Below, piece after piece: positions 48,087 through 57,760 of a DNA stretch of 64,000 nt. The position numbers and the translations under genes are program-made. Origin of the DNA: an uncultured delta proteobacterium (lineage in GTDB: Bacteria; Myxococcota_A; Polyangia; Fen-1088); assembly GCA_963755125.1 (NCBI GenBank), contig CAVWIP010000017.1:160001-224000 (forward strand). Reading direction: 5' to 3'. Numbering within the stretch: the first letter of the stretch is position 1; each line of letters starts with the position of its first letter. Below the pieces are notes generated by a model that was given only the letters and a program-made list of their open reading frames with translations, was not told the DNA's origin and searched no databases.

Positions 48087-49025
48087 CTATGAGATCTCCA
48101 CCCTCATGAGCTGCTGGCCGAGAAACACGTAGTCGCCGTGTCCCAGTGGGGACTCATCGGTGATACGCACGAAGGTGCCGTTCTTGGAACTCAGGTCGGT
48201 CACCGTGAACGTCCCATCCGGGCCGATGCCGACTTCGGCGTGGCGGCCCGAAATGAAGGGGTCGTCGGGGAAGTTGAGGTCATTGTCCTCGCGACCAATC
48301 GTGATGCTGTCGCCGCGTGCTCGCACGATCAGGCCGAGCTCGCCACCGCGTAACCGCTGGACGATACGCATTTTGGAGGCCCGCCTGGGGCTGGCGTAGA
48401 AATAGGTTCCTTCGGCATCGGGCTGCGGCCCGAAATCGGGCGCCAGAGCTTCGACTTGCAGCAGCTGCTCACCGACCAAGAACACCGAGCCGGAGTCCAG
48501 CCGCGTCGGGGTGCGGATGCGCACGAACACGCCGTTGATGGAGTTCTCGTCGCGCACAAACAGTTTGCCGTCTCGATAGAAGAAGTTGGCGTGGCGCGGG
48601 GACACCAGCGGGTCGTCTGGAAACAAGATGGCACCCTCGCTGCGGCCCACGACATGCTCCGTCCCGCCGAGTTCGTAGGCCAGGCCATCGGCACTGTTGG
48701 CCTTGACAACCACCAGCTTGGCCACGCTGGAAACCTGGACGCCCGAGAAGAACATGGTCTTGCCGCCGCTTGCGCTTGGCTGGGGCTGTATCTCGATGCG
48801 GGTTCCACATTGACCGCAGAAACGATCGCCGATGGGGACCGGGTTGCCGCAGGTCGGGCATGGCTTGGTTGACATGGATTCCTCCACACTGACAGCAGGC
48901 TGCGCCGGCGCGGGCAATGATTCACGAGAGCCCGCCTCGACGATCGGGGCTTGGCAGACCGGGCACCGGGTCGCGTCGAGGCCGGTCAGAGCGTCGCAAC
49001 GGGGACAAACCAGACCGACGGGCAT
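48087..49025 (-). CDS. Zinc-ribbon + double FHA-domain protein
   Basis: Two CxxC..CxxC units; two FHA motifs. Confidence 0.88.
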   Translation of the reverse strand: MPVGLVCPRCDALTGLDATRCPVCQAPIVEAGSRESLPAPAQPAVSVEESMSTKPCPTCGNPVPIGDRFCGQCGTRIEIQPQPSASGGKTMFFSGVQVSSVAKLVVVKANSADGLAYELGGTEHVVGRSEGAILFPDDPLVSPRHANFFYRDGKLFVRDENSINGVFVRIRTPTRLDSGSVFLVGEQLLQVEALAPDFGPQPDAEGTYFYASPRRASKMRIVQRLRGGELGLIVRARGDSITIGREDNDLNFPDDPFISGRHAEVGIGPDGTFTVTDLSSKNGTFVRITDESPLGHGDYVFLGQQLMRVEIS

Positions 49026-49082
49026 GCTGATGAGGTCATCTTGCCCGCATCGCACGGCCTGTCAAGCAGGCGGATCTGGTTG

Positions 49083-49376
49083 CTACCGCCTGGTGGAGCT
49101 GTTGTCGCCAGCCGCGCTTGGCTCGTACCGTTCCCGTAGGAAGTCGCGCACAGCCACCCTGACCCGGTCGGGCATGCGCAGCGCCAATGCCTCTCGCGAA
49201 ATCTCGGGCGTTTTTCGGTAGGTTTCAAAGAACCTCATGCAGTCCGGGCAGTTGCGCAGGTGGGAAGAGAAGAGCCGCCTCTCTTTATCGGGCAGCGAGC
49301 CGCCCAGGAAGTCGAGGCAGTAGTCCACGATTTCCTGGCAAGAGAGAAACCCCAATTCGTCGTCAGCAGGCTTCAC
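49083..49376 (-). CDS. zf-HC2 (ZAS) anti-sigma-like small protein
   Basis: 'SCQEIVD...DFL.G.L......HLRNCPDC'; start uncertain. Confidence 0.8.
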   Translation of the reverse strand: MKPADDELGFLSCQEIVDYCLDFLGGSLPDKERRLFSSHLRNCPDCMRFFETYRKTPEISREALALRMPDRVRVAVRDFLRERYEPSAAGDNSSTRR

Positions 49377-49538
49377 GTCGTTGCTTTCCCGAGAGCCAGT
49401 CTTGTTAGAATATACCCTACTCGTCCCAGCCCGTACCCTAAACAGAAAGAATGGCCGAAAGCATTGGTGATGTCCAGCAGCGGAAAACGGCGCCACGTGG
49501 AATCGTCCGGAGTGACGTTGACAGGAAGCTGACCACGG

Positions 49539-50642
49539 ATGACTGCCCAAGGCCAATGGCAACCCTTTTCGGTCGACGCTCTGCCACTGCTTCCGGCCGA
49601 TTCTGTCAGGTGGACGGCGGCACTGGCTCGGGCTCAATCACGTGTGCCGTTGGCCGTGACGATCGCGGCAAAGGGGGTGGGAGCGGTCGAGATTGGCCCG
49701 GCCCAGCTGGCCTTTGCGCGAGCGGGAGATGAAGTAGACCTCGACGGCCTGGACACTTTTCGGCTGCAACGCGACGGCCAGCTCGGTTGCGTGGGAGTGG
49801 GCCACCGGGTTTCACTGGCCATGGTGCGCGCTGTTCTAGGCGGGCCGGCGCCAACCGCGATTCGTCCGCTCGGCCGCAGTGAACGTGGTGTCATGGCGGC
49901 CATCCTGCTCTCAGCACTTGACACCCTCGGGGTTTCCCGCAGGATTGAGATTGGGCTGGTGGACTGGGAAGGGCGGCCCGATCCGACCAATCCGTGCCTG
50001 GTGATTGGCGGCTCGATCCGTACCTCCGGGCACGTGGGAGGCCGGGCTCTTCTGGTGATTCCCGTGGGATGGCTGGCCGATGCTGCCTGCTCGGGCCCGG
50101 TCGCGGTTCAACTGCAAGGTTTGTCGGCCAGTGCGACGCTGGAACTGGCCCGCACCGATCTGCTGGGTGCGGCCCTTGTCTCGGCTGTCGTGGGCGATGC
50201 TGTCGTGTTTGCAGGCGTTGCCGGCATCCATCCACGCGGTCCTTGGCCCGCCCGCTTGCGGGTGGGCGACTTCGCGGCGCCGGCCTGCGTGGCCGCGGAT
50301 GGCACGCTTGTCATGGCAGGCTCATTCTTTCAGTCAAAGGAGGACGCAAAGTCGATGGCATCGCAAGACGAAACCCCAAGCTGCAACCCAGTCGAGCCTT
50401 CGTCGTCGGAGGTGGCGAAGATCCTTGCGACCGCGCCGGTTGAAGTCGTTGCCGAGATCGGCCGCCTCACCATTCGAGGCGACGAACTGGCGGGACTGAT
50501 GAAGGGTGGCGTGCTGAGTCTTGGGCCGCGCCGGACCGACGCCATCCAGCTTCGGGTCGGCGGTCAGCCCTGGGCCGTGGGCGAGCTGGTCAGCGTGGGT
50601 GACGAGCTTGGCGTGCGCATTCTCAGGCTACAATCGGGGTGA
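49539..50642 (+). CDS. sctQ: FliN/SctQ (SpoA-domain) T3SS C-ring protein
   Basis: C-terminal 'VEVVAEIGRL......L..G.VL.L....GELVSVGDELGVRI'. Confidence 0.8.
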   Translation: MTAQGQWQPFSVDALPLLPADSVRWTAALARAQSRVPLAVTIAAKGVGAVEIGPAQLAFARAGDEVDLDGLDTFRLQRDGQLGCVGVGHRVSLAMVRAVLGGPAPTAIRPLGRSERGVMAAILLSALDTLGVSRRIEIGLVDWEGRPDPTNPCLVIGGSIRTSGHVGGRALLVIPVGWLADAACSGPVAVQLQGLSASATLELARTDLLGAALVSAVVGDAVVFAGVAGIHPRGPWPARLRVGDFAAPACVAADGTLVMAGSFFQSKEDAKSMASQDETPSCNPVEPSSSEVAKILATAPVEVVAEIGRLTIRGDELAGLMKGGVLSLGPRRTDAIQLRVGGQPWAVGELVSVGDELGVRILRLQSG

Positions 50643-51963
50643 GACAGACAGCCTCCAACGAGGCGGCTGTCGCCGACCAGCGCGGAGCCGCGCGCATGAG
50701 CGAGGCCAGGAGCGGTTGCCACAGATCGACGTTCGTCCGCAGCGCGGCCGCGCGCTGGATGGCGCCGATTCCGCCCCACGGATCCGCCGGCGCATAGAGG
50801 AGGCTGCAGCCTGTCTGCGACGTCACGTCGCAATCCACCAGATAATCTCCGTTCGCGCCCGCATCGGGCGCCAAGGGAAGTGCACCGTAGCGAAGGGCCA
50901 AGCTGGCTGGCCGCCCGGTCAGGTCCCCCGCGTCGGCCAGGAGCACAGCGTCGGCTGCCGCCAGGATCTGCCGCTCGGCCTCCAAGCCGAGTTCCGGGAA
51001 TACCGTGACCTTGCCCGGTGATCCCATGGCCAGCACATTGGCCTGGTCGATCAGCGCGCGATCCCCTCCCGCGGGAAACACGACCGCGACATCCGCGCGC
51101 CCCAGCTTCGAAATGGTATCGAGAATCTCACGGCCGCCCCGTGGCGGATCGAGCGGCCCGGTCGCCAGCAGCAGCGTGCGCGGCCCCACAGCCAGGGACG
51201 CGCGTCGCACAAGAGTCTTGCGACATTCTTGCTTGCCGGACGGGGATTCGCGCGAGAAGGTGGCGGCGAGCGCGGGATCCGTGGCTGGATCGTGCGGAAG
51301 TTCGTCGCACCCGAAACGCATCGAGGCGACTGGCTGGTCCGAGGCACGGCAGGCCAGCTCAGCGGCACCGCGGAAGGCTTCCGCGGCCGAGGGGCAGGGG
51401 AGGATCACCACGTCGGCCTCGATGGCGCCAAGGGCCACCAGCACGCCATTCGAGACAGCGACCGCAGGGTCATCGGGATCCAGATCGGCGCGCTCGTCGC
51501 TCGATAGAGGCTGGTTCCAGCGTCCGTCCGGCACGACCAGGGCTGCATGGGCGGAAGGTGCGCACGCCAGGGCCAGCGCCGAGGTTTCGCCCCAGCCCAC
51601 AACCACGTCCGGCCAGCAGATTTGGTCGCGAACCAGCGAGGTGGCGGCACTCGCCAGCAGGGCCGAGCGGCGGCCTCGATTTCCCGAATCGGCGCCCAGA
51701 ACATAGAGCGAGCACTGACTCACGGCCGAGCGTCCCTCGTAGAGCGAAGATTCTTGGTCGGTGCCCCCCACGCGGGTCGTGACGGTTCGCAGACGTCGCG
51801 CCATTCCCGGCAGGCGGGACGCCTGGTCCGGCGTGGCCAGCGACAGAATGGTCACGCGGTGCTTGGCCACTGACAGCGCCAGCGCTAGGGCGGCTGCACA
51901 CGCAGGCAACTCGCCATCCACCACGGGCGAAACCTGATCAGCGACAAACAGGAATTCGGCCAT
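50623..51963 (-). CDS. Degenerate glycogen-synthase-like (GT-B) protein
   Basis: GlgA-like layout ('FLFVADQVSP', 'DPATDPALAATFS', 'GKQECRK.L', 'ALRYGALP') but KTGGL and EPCGL motifs are absent. Confidence 0.7.
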   Translation of the reverse strand: MAEFLFVADQVSPVVDGELPACAAALALALSVAKHRVTILSLATPDQASRLPGMARRLRTVTTRVGGTDQESSLYEGRSAVSQCSLYVLGADSGNRGRRSALLASAATSLVRDQICWPDVVVGWGETSALALACAPSAHAALVVPDGRWNQPLSSDERADLDPDDPAVAVSNGVLVALGAIEADVVILPCPSAAEAFRGAAELACRASDQPVASMRFGCDELPHDPATDPALAATFSRESPSGKQECRKTLVRRASLAVGPRTLLLATGPLDPPRGGREILDTISKLGRADVAVVFPAGGDRALIDQANVLAMGSPGKVTVFPELGLEAERQILAAADAVLLADAGDLTGRPASLALRYGALPLAPDAGANGDYLVDCDVTSQTGCSLLYAPADPWGGIGAIQRAAALRTNVDLWQPLLASLMRAAPRWSATAASLEAVCLTPIVA

Positions 51964-52041
51964 CTACCCCGAAGGTGCCTCGGTTCCAGAGAAAACGCCG
52001 TTGCGGCCCGGCAAGGGTGTCAAAACAAGTGCGCGGAGGCC

Positions 52042-52245
52042 TTACTCGCTGGCGCCGCGCTCGTCTTCTTCTCCGGGAAACTCGTTTACAGAAGGGTACT
52101 TCATGATCTCTTTGCGCGAGATCTTCCACGCCTTCTGCACGATCCAGGAGAGAGAGCGGTCCTGACGCGTGGCTTCTTCTTGGATCTCCTTCAGCATCTC
52201 TTCTGGGAAGTAGAGACTTTGTTTCCTCTTGTCCGAACCGGCCAT
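52042..52245 (-). CDS. TIGR04563-like (MXAN_4361/4362 family) small RHH protein
   Basis: 'DKRKQSLYFPEEMLKEIQEEATRQDRSLSWIVQKAWK'. Confidence 0.88.
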   Translation of the reverse strand: MAGSDKRKQSLYFPEEMLKEIQEEATRQDRSLSWIVQKAWKISRKEIMKYPSVNEFPGEEDERGASE

Positions 52246-52411
52246 AGAGCACCCCGTTGTGGCTAATCTCGCCTGGGCGAATTCTTGCATTTACGCAGTT
52301 CCCAGGCACCCTGTCAAGGATACGGGTTCATTGGTTATCTTTTCTGCGACATGATTCAATACGGCGGTACACTAAGCACGAAAGTCTTCACAACTTGAGT
52401 CAAGAGGCTTC

Positions 52412-52789
52412 ATGGAAGGGACCGGTCTGAAGAAGAGGGATCTCAAGCGGTTTCGCGAGATCCTGTTGACCCGCAAGAAAGAAATACTCCGCAACGCGCA
52501 GCGGACGTTGAGCGAAGACATGACGCTCGAATCTGACGATCTGCCCGATGAAATGGACCTCGCGTCGTCCGAGTACCTGCAATCGTTCACGTTCAGGCTG
52601 CGTGGGCGCGAGAAGACATTTCTGCAGAAGATCGACCATGCCCTCGATCGCATCGAGGACGGGACATTTGGCCTTTGCGAGCAGTGCGGCGAGCCCATCT
52701 CGCTCAAGCGGATAGAGGCGCGGCTGGAGACGACCCTTTGCATTCGCTGCAAGGAGGATCAGGAAAGGATGGAGAAGGCCTACGGGTAG
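52412..52789 (+). CDS. dksA: DksA/TraR-family regulator
   Basis: 'DEMDLASSE', 'CEQCGEPI...R...LCIRCKE'. Confidence 0.9.
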   Translation: MEGTGLKKRDLKRFREILLTRKKEILRNAQRTLSEDMTLESDDLPDEMDLASSEYLQSFTFRLRGREKTFLQKIDHALDRIEDGTFGLCEQCGEPISLKRIEARLETTLCIRCKEDQERMEKAYG

Positions 52790-52815
52790 GGGTTGGGAAG
52801 CTGCTTGTAAGAGGA

Positions 52816-53730
52816 ATGGTTGGGGCCGCCGAGGTGCTCGTTGAGGCGCGGGCAAGCGGCGTTGGCGGTTTTTCGACCACGAGCAGGGGAGGGTCAAATG
52901 GGAGGCTGTGCCGCATCTTGCGACGTTCGCCGGGAGTCGAGTTCACCACAGTGGCCCTGACCCTGCTTTCCGGTTGCGTCGGGGTGTTCGCCAGCCCGCG
53001 GGGGCCTAGCCTGTCATGGGGCACCCACTCGCAGGGAGCCCTCCTGGGTGCGGTCGCCTTGCCCATGGAAGGCGACGGCTATCAGGTCCACCCCGAGTGG
53101 CGCGCGCGCGGCCGCACCTTCGCCATCGAGGAACTTGTCGCCGGGCTGACACGTGCCTTCGCGCGCGTCGCGCGGACAACCCCGGGCAGCCTGGCCTATG
53201 TCGGAGACCTTTCGCTGCGACGTGGGGGAGATTCGAGCATGCACCGTTCGCACGAGAGCGGACGGGACGTCAACGTCTTCTACTATGCCGCCGATCGCGA
53301 CGGGAAGCCGCTGCACAATCTTCCGGCCATGCTTCGCTTCGCAGATGATGGCAGCGCGGCGGCGTGGTCCTCCGCCAAACCGGGACGGCGCATGCGCGAG
53401 CCGCTGCCCGACGCCCATCTCGACTTGCCACGGACATGGGCGTTGGTCGCGAATCTCCTTTCCGACCCGAACATGGAGGTGCAGTGGATATTTGTCCACA
53501 AGCCGCTGGCAGAGTTGCTCGTGCAAGAGGCAGAACGAGAGAAGGCCGATCCGGCCTTGCTTGCGCGGGCGCGCGAAATCTTGCACCAGCCCACGGACGC
53601 GCGGCCACACGACGACCACATGCACGTGCGGGTGTTCTGTCCCGTGCAGAGCCGCGTGTTCGGCTGCATCGACAAGGGGCCGCGACGTTGGTGGAAGAAA
53701 CGCTGGAAGTACATGAGTTCCGCAACGTAG
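52816..53730 (+). CDS. Penicillin-insensitive murein endopeptidase (MepA-like)
   Basis: 'GDLS...GG....HRSHESGRDV', 'HDDHMHVR'; start uncertain. Confidence 0.8.
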   Translation: MVGAAEVLVEARASGVGGFSTTSRGGSNGRLCRILRRSPGVEFTTVALTLLSGCVGVFASPRGPSLSWGTHSQGALLGAVALPMEGDGYQVHPEWRARGRTFAIEELVAGLTRAFARVARTTPGSLAYVGDLSLRRGGDSSMHRSHESGRDVNVFYYAADRDGKPLHNLPAMLRFADDGSAAAWSSAKPGRRMREPLPDAHLDLPRTWALVANLLSDPNMEVQWIFVHKPLAELLVQEAEREKADPALLARAREILHQPTDARPHDDHMHVRVFCPVQSRVFGCIDKGPRRWWKKRWKYMSSAT

Positions 53731-53894
53731 TGCCCTCAGGTTCCTGAAGTGACGACGGCCGACGATCCGGCCTGCTGGCGGCGTCGGGCCTGTGCTTCCG
53801 GTCCTCAAGTACATCAGTACATTCCGGTCCGGTTCTCGGCCCTCCTTGCCAGCAGACCGGCTTGTCGGCCGGATGCTAAGGGACATCGTGATCT
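53731..53894. repeat. ~160-bp structured intergenic repeat, copy 2
   Basis: Homologous to 26442-26604; starts right after the upstream stop codon. Confidence 0.9.
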
Positions 53895-54419
53895 GTGCCC
53901 GGCTTTCCGTTCACGGCAAGCCACACGCGCTCGAAGTTGTTCTCCAGGCGACGGCAAAGAAGCAGACAGGTTCCTGGCGCAAACGAGTTGATTCCCCTCG
54001 CTGTTGACCCATCTTTGCCTGTCATGTACCGATAGACTTGGTCAGGCCTGTACTCGAAGTCCTCGATGTTCAAGTCGGCCCCGAACGCCTTCTCGGCGCG
54101 CTCCACGCCCACTTTCCCGCCCAGCCCTCGGTGGATCCGGTTGCTGGTTCCCGGGCCGGTTCCGGCAGCCGCATCCGGTTCCGGCCAGCGGCCACCGGCT
54201 CCCCCGTAAGTCCGCGGCCAACCGTGACGAATCCTCCAAAGGCCGGACCAGCAGTGCCCGCAGGACCGCACAAGCGGTGTGAGCGTCGGACGGTGGGGCC
54301 GCCGCCCGGGAGTGACGGCGCGGGCGAGGTGGCGGGTACCTGAACAAAAGCCTAGTGCTTTTGTCTGTTCTTACCTATTGAGAAGAGTCTATTGAATAGA
54401 TTACAGTTACAATCGGCTA

Positions 54420-55019
54420 ATGAAACGAATTATCGACATGGCTGGCGCCGGGACTCAGATGGGGGCGATGCGCGCTTCCGGACTGCTCGACGAGGACGAA
54501 CTGGTCGACATCGAGAGCCGCTATCCCAAGGGCATGAGTTCGCGCGAGATCGTCGACGTGTTCGCGTCGCGGGGTCTGCGCTTCTCAGAAGCGACCCTGC
54601 GCAAGTACGTGCAGCTCGGGCTGCTGCCGCGATCCGTGCGGGTGGGGCGCAAGGGCAAGCACTGCGGGTCGCGAGGCCTGTATCCGGCGGGCGTGGTCCG
54701 GCGGGTGAATCAGGTGAAATTCATGATGGCAGGCAATCTCACCATCGAGGAGATCCAGCGCTCCTTCGCCCGGTTCAAACAGGAGATCGAAGGCGTCAGC
54801 CAGGGTCTGCGAGATCTCATCTCCGGCTTCGAGCGCGAGGCCAAGGGCCCGGCTTTGAAACCGGAACGGCGCCAGGAGATCGAACGAGAGATCGAGGCAG
54901 CGAAGCACGCCGCCGGCGAACTGGTCCGGCGGATCTCTGGTCTGGAAGCGAGTTTTTCCTCGCAGGCCGCGGCGGCGGCAGCGGGGACTGCCGCAGGGGG
55001 CGGCAGCGACCTGTACTAG
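54420..55019 (+). CDS. MerR-like HTH DNA-binding protein
   Basis: 'SEATLRKYVQLGLLP', 'GLYP', 'LTIEEIQ' followed by a coiled coil. Confidence 0.8.
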   Translation: MKRIIDMAGAGTQMGAMRASGLLDEDELVDIESRYPKGMSSREIVDVFASRGLRFSEATLRKYVQLGLLPRSVRVGRKGKHCGSRGLYPAGVVRRVNQVKFMMAGNLTIEEIQRSFARFKQEIEGVSQGLRDLISGFEREAKGPALKPERRQEIEREIEAAKHAAGELVRRISGLEASFSSQAAAAAAGTAAGGGSDLY

Positions 55020-55054
55020 CGCGTCCCCGACCAACGCGCGCAACGGAGGAACAC

Positions 55055-55561
55055 ATGGCCGACGAGAAAGCTGAATTCGAGGAGCTAGAGGACGACATGG
55101 TGGACGATCAGCCGCAACCCGAGGTTGCCAAGATCCGCCGCAAGGTGGTGCCGTCGCGCGACGGCCGCTTCCGGTCGAAGACCATTGCGCCTAAGCGCCT
55201 GACCCGCGACGAGAAGCGGCTGGCGCAGGAACTGGTCTATCCCGAGGATGTCGAGCGGCCGCGCACGCGTGCGGACTGCCAGAACATGCCTCGCCCGTGT
55301 CCGTTCGTGAGCTGCGAGCATCATCTGTACCTGGACGTCAATCCTGACAGCGGGGCCATCAAGCTCAACTTCCCCCAGCTCGAGGTGTGGGAAATGGCCG
55401 AGACCTGCTCGCTCGACGTGGCGGATCGCGGCGGCATCACCCTGGAAGACGTGGGCGCCATTCTCAACCTGACGCGCGAGCGGATCCGTCAGGTTGAGGT
55501 GCGCGGTCTGGTCAAGATCCGCACCAAGAACAGCGAGGCACTCGGGCTGAGCAATCCCTGA
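55055..55561 (+). CDS. Cys4 + sigma70 region-4 HTH protein (paralogue 2)
   Basis: RBS GGAGG; '[17 protein letters not shown]...[32 protein letters not shown]'. Confidence 0.88.
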   Translation: MADEKAEFEELEDDMVDDQPQPEVAKIRRKVVPSRDGRFRSKTIAPKRLTRDEKRLAQELVYPEDVERPRTRADCQNMPRPCPFVSCEHHLYLDVNPDSGAIKLNFPQLEVWEMAETCSLDVADRGGITLEDVGAILNLTRERIRQVEVRGLVKIRTKNSEALGLSNP

Positions 55562-55562
55562 G

Positions 55563-56390
55563 TCACGTTCCCCTCGCGGTCGCCAGTGCTTGGATCGCGT
55601 GGTCGTGCAGCGGGCCGTTGGACGCGACCACGCCGCTGCGGTTGTTGAGATCGGCCTTGCTGTAGACCAGCGGTCGGCCGTCCAGGTCGCTCATGCGGCC
55701 GCCGGCCGCGGTCAGGATTGCCTCGGGGCCGCAGGTGTCCCACAGTTTCGTCTGCTCGCCCGGATAGAGGTACAGATCGCGTTCACCTTGGCTCACCAAA
55801 GCAACCTTCAGACCCACGCTGCCGACGCTCATTTCGTCGGTCACGCCCAGGGCGCGACGAAAGGCATCGATCCGCGGCGAGCGGCGCGACTGGGAGACAA
55901 CGATGCGCACCCCGCGCGGCTCGGCCAGCGCGGAGGGTCGCACTGGTGCCCGCGTTCCATCAGGCTGATCGCGCCAGGCGCCCTGGCCCACGACACCGCT
56001 CCACACTGCTCCAGTGCTCGGGTGCGCCACCACGCCGAGCGCGGGCCGGCCGTCGAGGCAAAGGCCGATCATCACCACGTAGCCAGCCTCGCCGCGGATG
56101 AAGTCGCGCGTGCCGTCGATGGGATCGACCATCCACACGCGGGGCTTTCCCAAACGCGAACCATCGTCGGGCAATTCCTCGGACAGGATCGCGTCGCCGG
56201 GAAATTCCTGGGCCAGACGGCCGACGATGAAAGCGCTGGCCGCAAGATCAGCCTGGGTGACGGGCTCGCCGGCGTCCTTGTACTGGACCGCGATGGGCTG
56301 TTCGGCAAAGCGGCGCACCAGGGCAGCGGCTTCCTGGGCCAACCGGCGGGCAACATCCAGTTCGCGCGAAAGATCGACGGGTTTGCTCAT
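55563..56390 (-). CDS. cysQ: 3'(2'),5'-bisphosphate nucleotidase / inositol monophosphatase family
   Basis: 'PVTQAD', 'LSEE', 'WMVDPIDGT', 'WDTCGP'. Confidence 0.88.
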   Translation of the reverse strand: MSKPVDLSRELDVARRLAQEAAALVRRFAEQPIAVQYKDAGEPVTQADLAASAFIVGRLAQEFPGDAILSEELPDDGSRLGKPRVWMVDPIDGTRDFIRGEAGYVVMIGLCLDGRPALGVVAHPSTGAVWSGVVGQGAWRDQPDGTRAPVRPSALAEPRGVRIVVSQSRRSPRIDAFRRALGVTDEMSVGSVGLKVALVSQGERDLYLYPGEQTKLWDTCGPEAILTAAGGRMSDLDGRPLVYSKADLNNRSGVVASNGPLHDHAIQALATARGT

Positions 56391-57721
56391 GACGGCCTCG
56401 CTACGAGATCGGCCACCAGATGTCGTCGACCGATGAGCAACACCAGTCCGGCCAGGGGGAGAAGCAGGCCGGTAACTAGCACGGGAATGCGCAATCCGAC
56501 CGAATCGGACGCGACACCGATGAGAAACGGCGACAGGGCGTCGCCGAGCAGGTGAATGGTCGTGGTGTGCAGGCCAACCCCGCGCGCCCGAAGGTCAGGC
56601 GGAAGCACGTTCACCATGGCGGCGTTGAGCGGTCCCATGTTGAGGAAGAGAAGCAACAACGTCACGAACATGCCCGGCCAGAAGATCGCAGGCGAGCGCG
56701 CCAGCACCGCCGCCAGGGTGAAGGGAAATGAGGCGACCAGCGTCCAGCCCGAGAAACTGAAATGGGCGTCGGGAAAACGGCGGGCCAGGCGGTCGCCCAG
56801 TTGGCCACCCACGATGGTGCCCAGGAATCCCGCGACCAGCAGCAAGGCGCCGAAGACCGTGCCCGCGGCGCCCACTCCCAGGCCGCGCTCGCGCACGAAG
56901 TAGGTGGGCATCCACGCGCCCAGGCCGCCCATGGAAAAGGTGAAGATGGTCTGTCCCGCCATATTGAAGAAGAAGCTGGGGCGCCGGCGGAGCGCTGCGA
57001 CGCTCTCGCGCAACGAGGTCGCGGGCCGCGACTGTCGGTCGAATCGTCCGCGCGGCGGTTCACGCAGAAGCAGCAAGGCGACAGCAAGCGCCAGTCCAGG
57101 CCCTCCAGCCACGAAGAAGGCGGGTCGCCAGCCGAAGCGTGCCCCGATCTGACCGCCCAGAATGTAGCCAAGGGCGATCCCCACAGGCATCGCCGCGTAG
57201 AAGATCGACAACGCACGGCTGCGGCGGTCGGGCGGGTAATGGTCGGCCAGCAGCGACGGCGTCACCACGGTGTAGCTGGCTTCGCCGATGCCGACCACGG
57301 CGCGCGCCAGGGCCAGCCAGGCGAAACTGGCCACCAGGCCCGAGGCGAAAGTGGCCAGACTCCACGCCGCCACGCCCGCGGCTGCGATGTGCAGGCGTGT
57401 GATCGCGTGGGAAGCCCGCCGGCTTTGCCGGTGGCGCACCATCGCGGGAGGGCATGGGAACCCTCTCAGGGTTCCCACGGCAGAACGATCCCCGAGCCAA
57501 CCCGACGCAGGACAAGCCAGCGAGTAAACCAGGATGAACACGGTCTGCAGCGAGCCGGCCTGCGCGTCCGAGAGGTGCAGGCTGGCAATGATGAGCGGAA
57601 GCACCGGGGCTGTGATGAACCGGTCCAGGTAGTTGAACGCGTTCACACCGGTCAGCACCGCCAGGGTGCTGGCCGGACGCTGCGGGAGGCTGGTGCAGGA
57701 TCCCGTGGTCACGTCTTGCAT
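56387..57721 (-). CDS. Spinster-like MFS transporter with an in-frame palindromic insertion
   Basis: 'NYLDR', 'GWLGDR', 'RAVVGIGEASY', 'IHLLGDALSP'. Confidence 0.9.
   Translation of the reverse strand: MQDVTTGSCTSLPQRPASTLAVLTGVNAFNYLDRFITAPVLPLIIASLHLSDAQAGSLQTVFILVYSLACPASGWLGDRSAVGTLRGFPCPPAMVRHRQSRRASHAITRLHIAAAGVAAWSLATFASGLVASFAWLALARAVVGIGEASYTVVTPSLLADHYPPDRRSRALSIFYAAMPVGIALGYILGGQIGARFGWRPAFFVAGGPGLALAVALLLLREPPRGRFDRQSRPATSLRESVAALRRRPSFFFNMAGQTIFTFSMGGLGAWMPTYFVRERGLGVGAAGTVFGALLLVAGFLGTIVGGQLGDRLARRFPDAHFSFSGWTLVASFPFTLAAVLARSPAIFWPGMFVTLLLLFLNMGPLNAAMVNVLPPDLRARGVGLHTTTIHLLGDALSPFLIGVASDSVGLRIPVLVTGLLLPLAGLVLLIGRRHLVADLVARPS
57403..57477 (-). repeat. ~75-bp palindromic element, copy B, inside the MFS coding sequence
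   Basis: Minus strand reads TGGGAACCCTGAGAGGGTTCCCATGCCCTCCCGCGATGGTGCGCCACCGGCAAAGCCGGCGGGCTTCCCACGCGA. Confidence 0.85.
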
Positions 57722-57760
57722 GGGTACCACGAAAGGCCGTCTCGGGGTAAAGTGCCGCGC

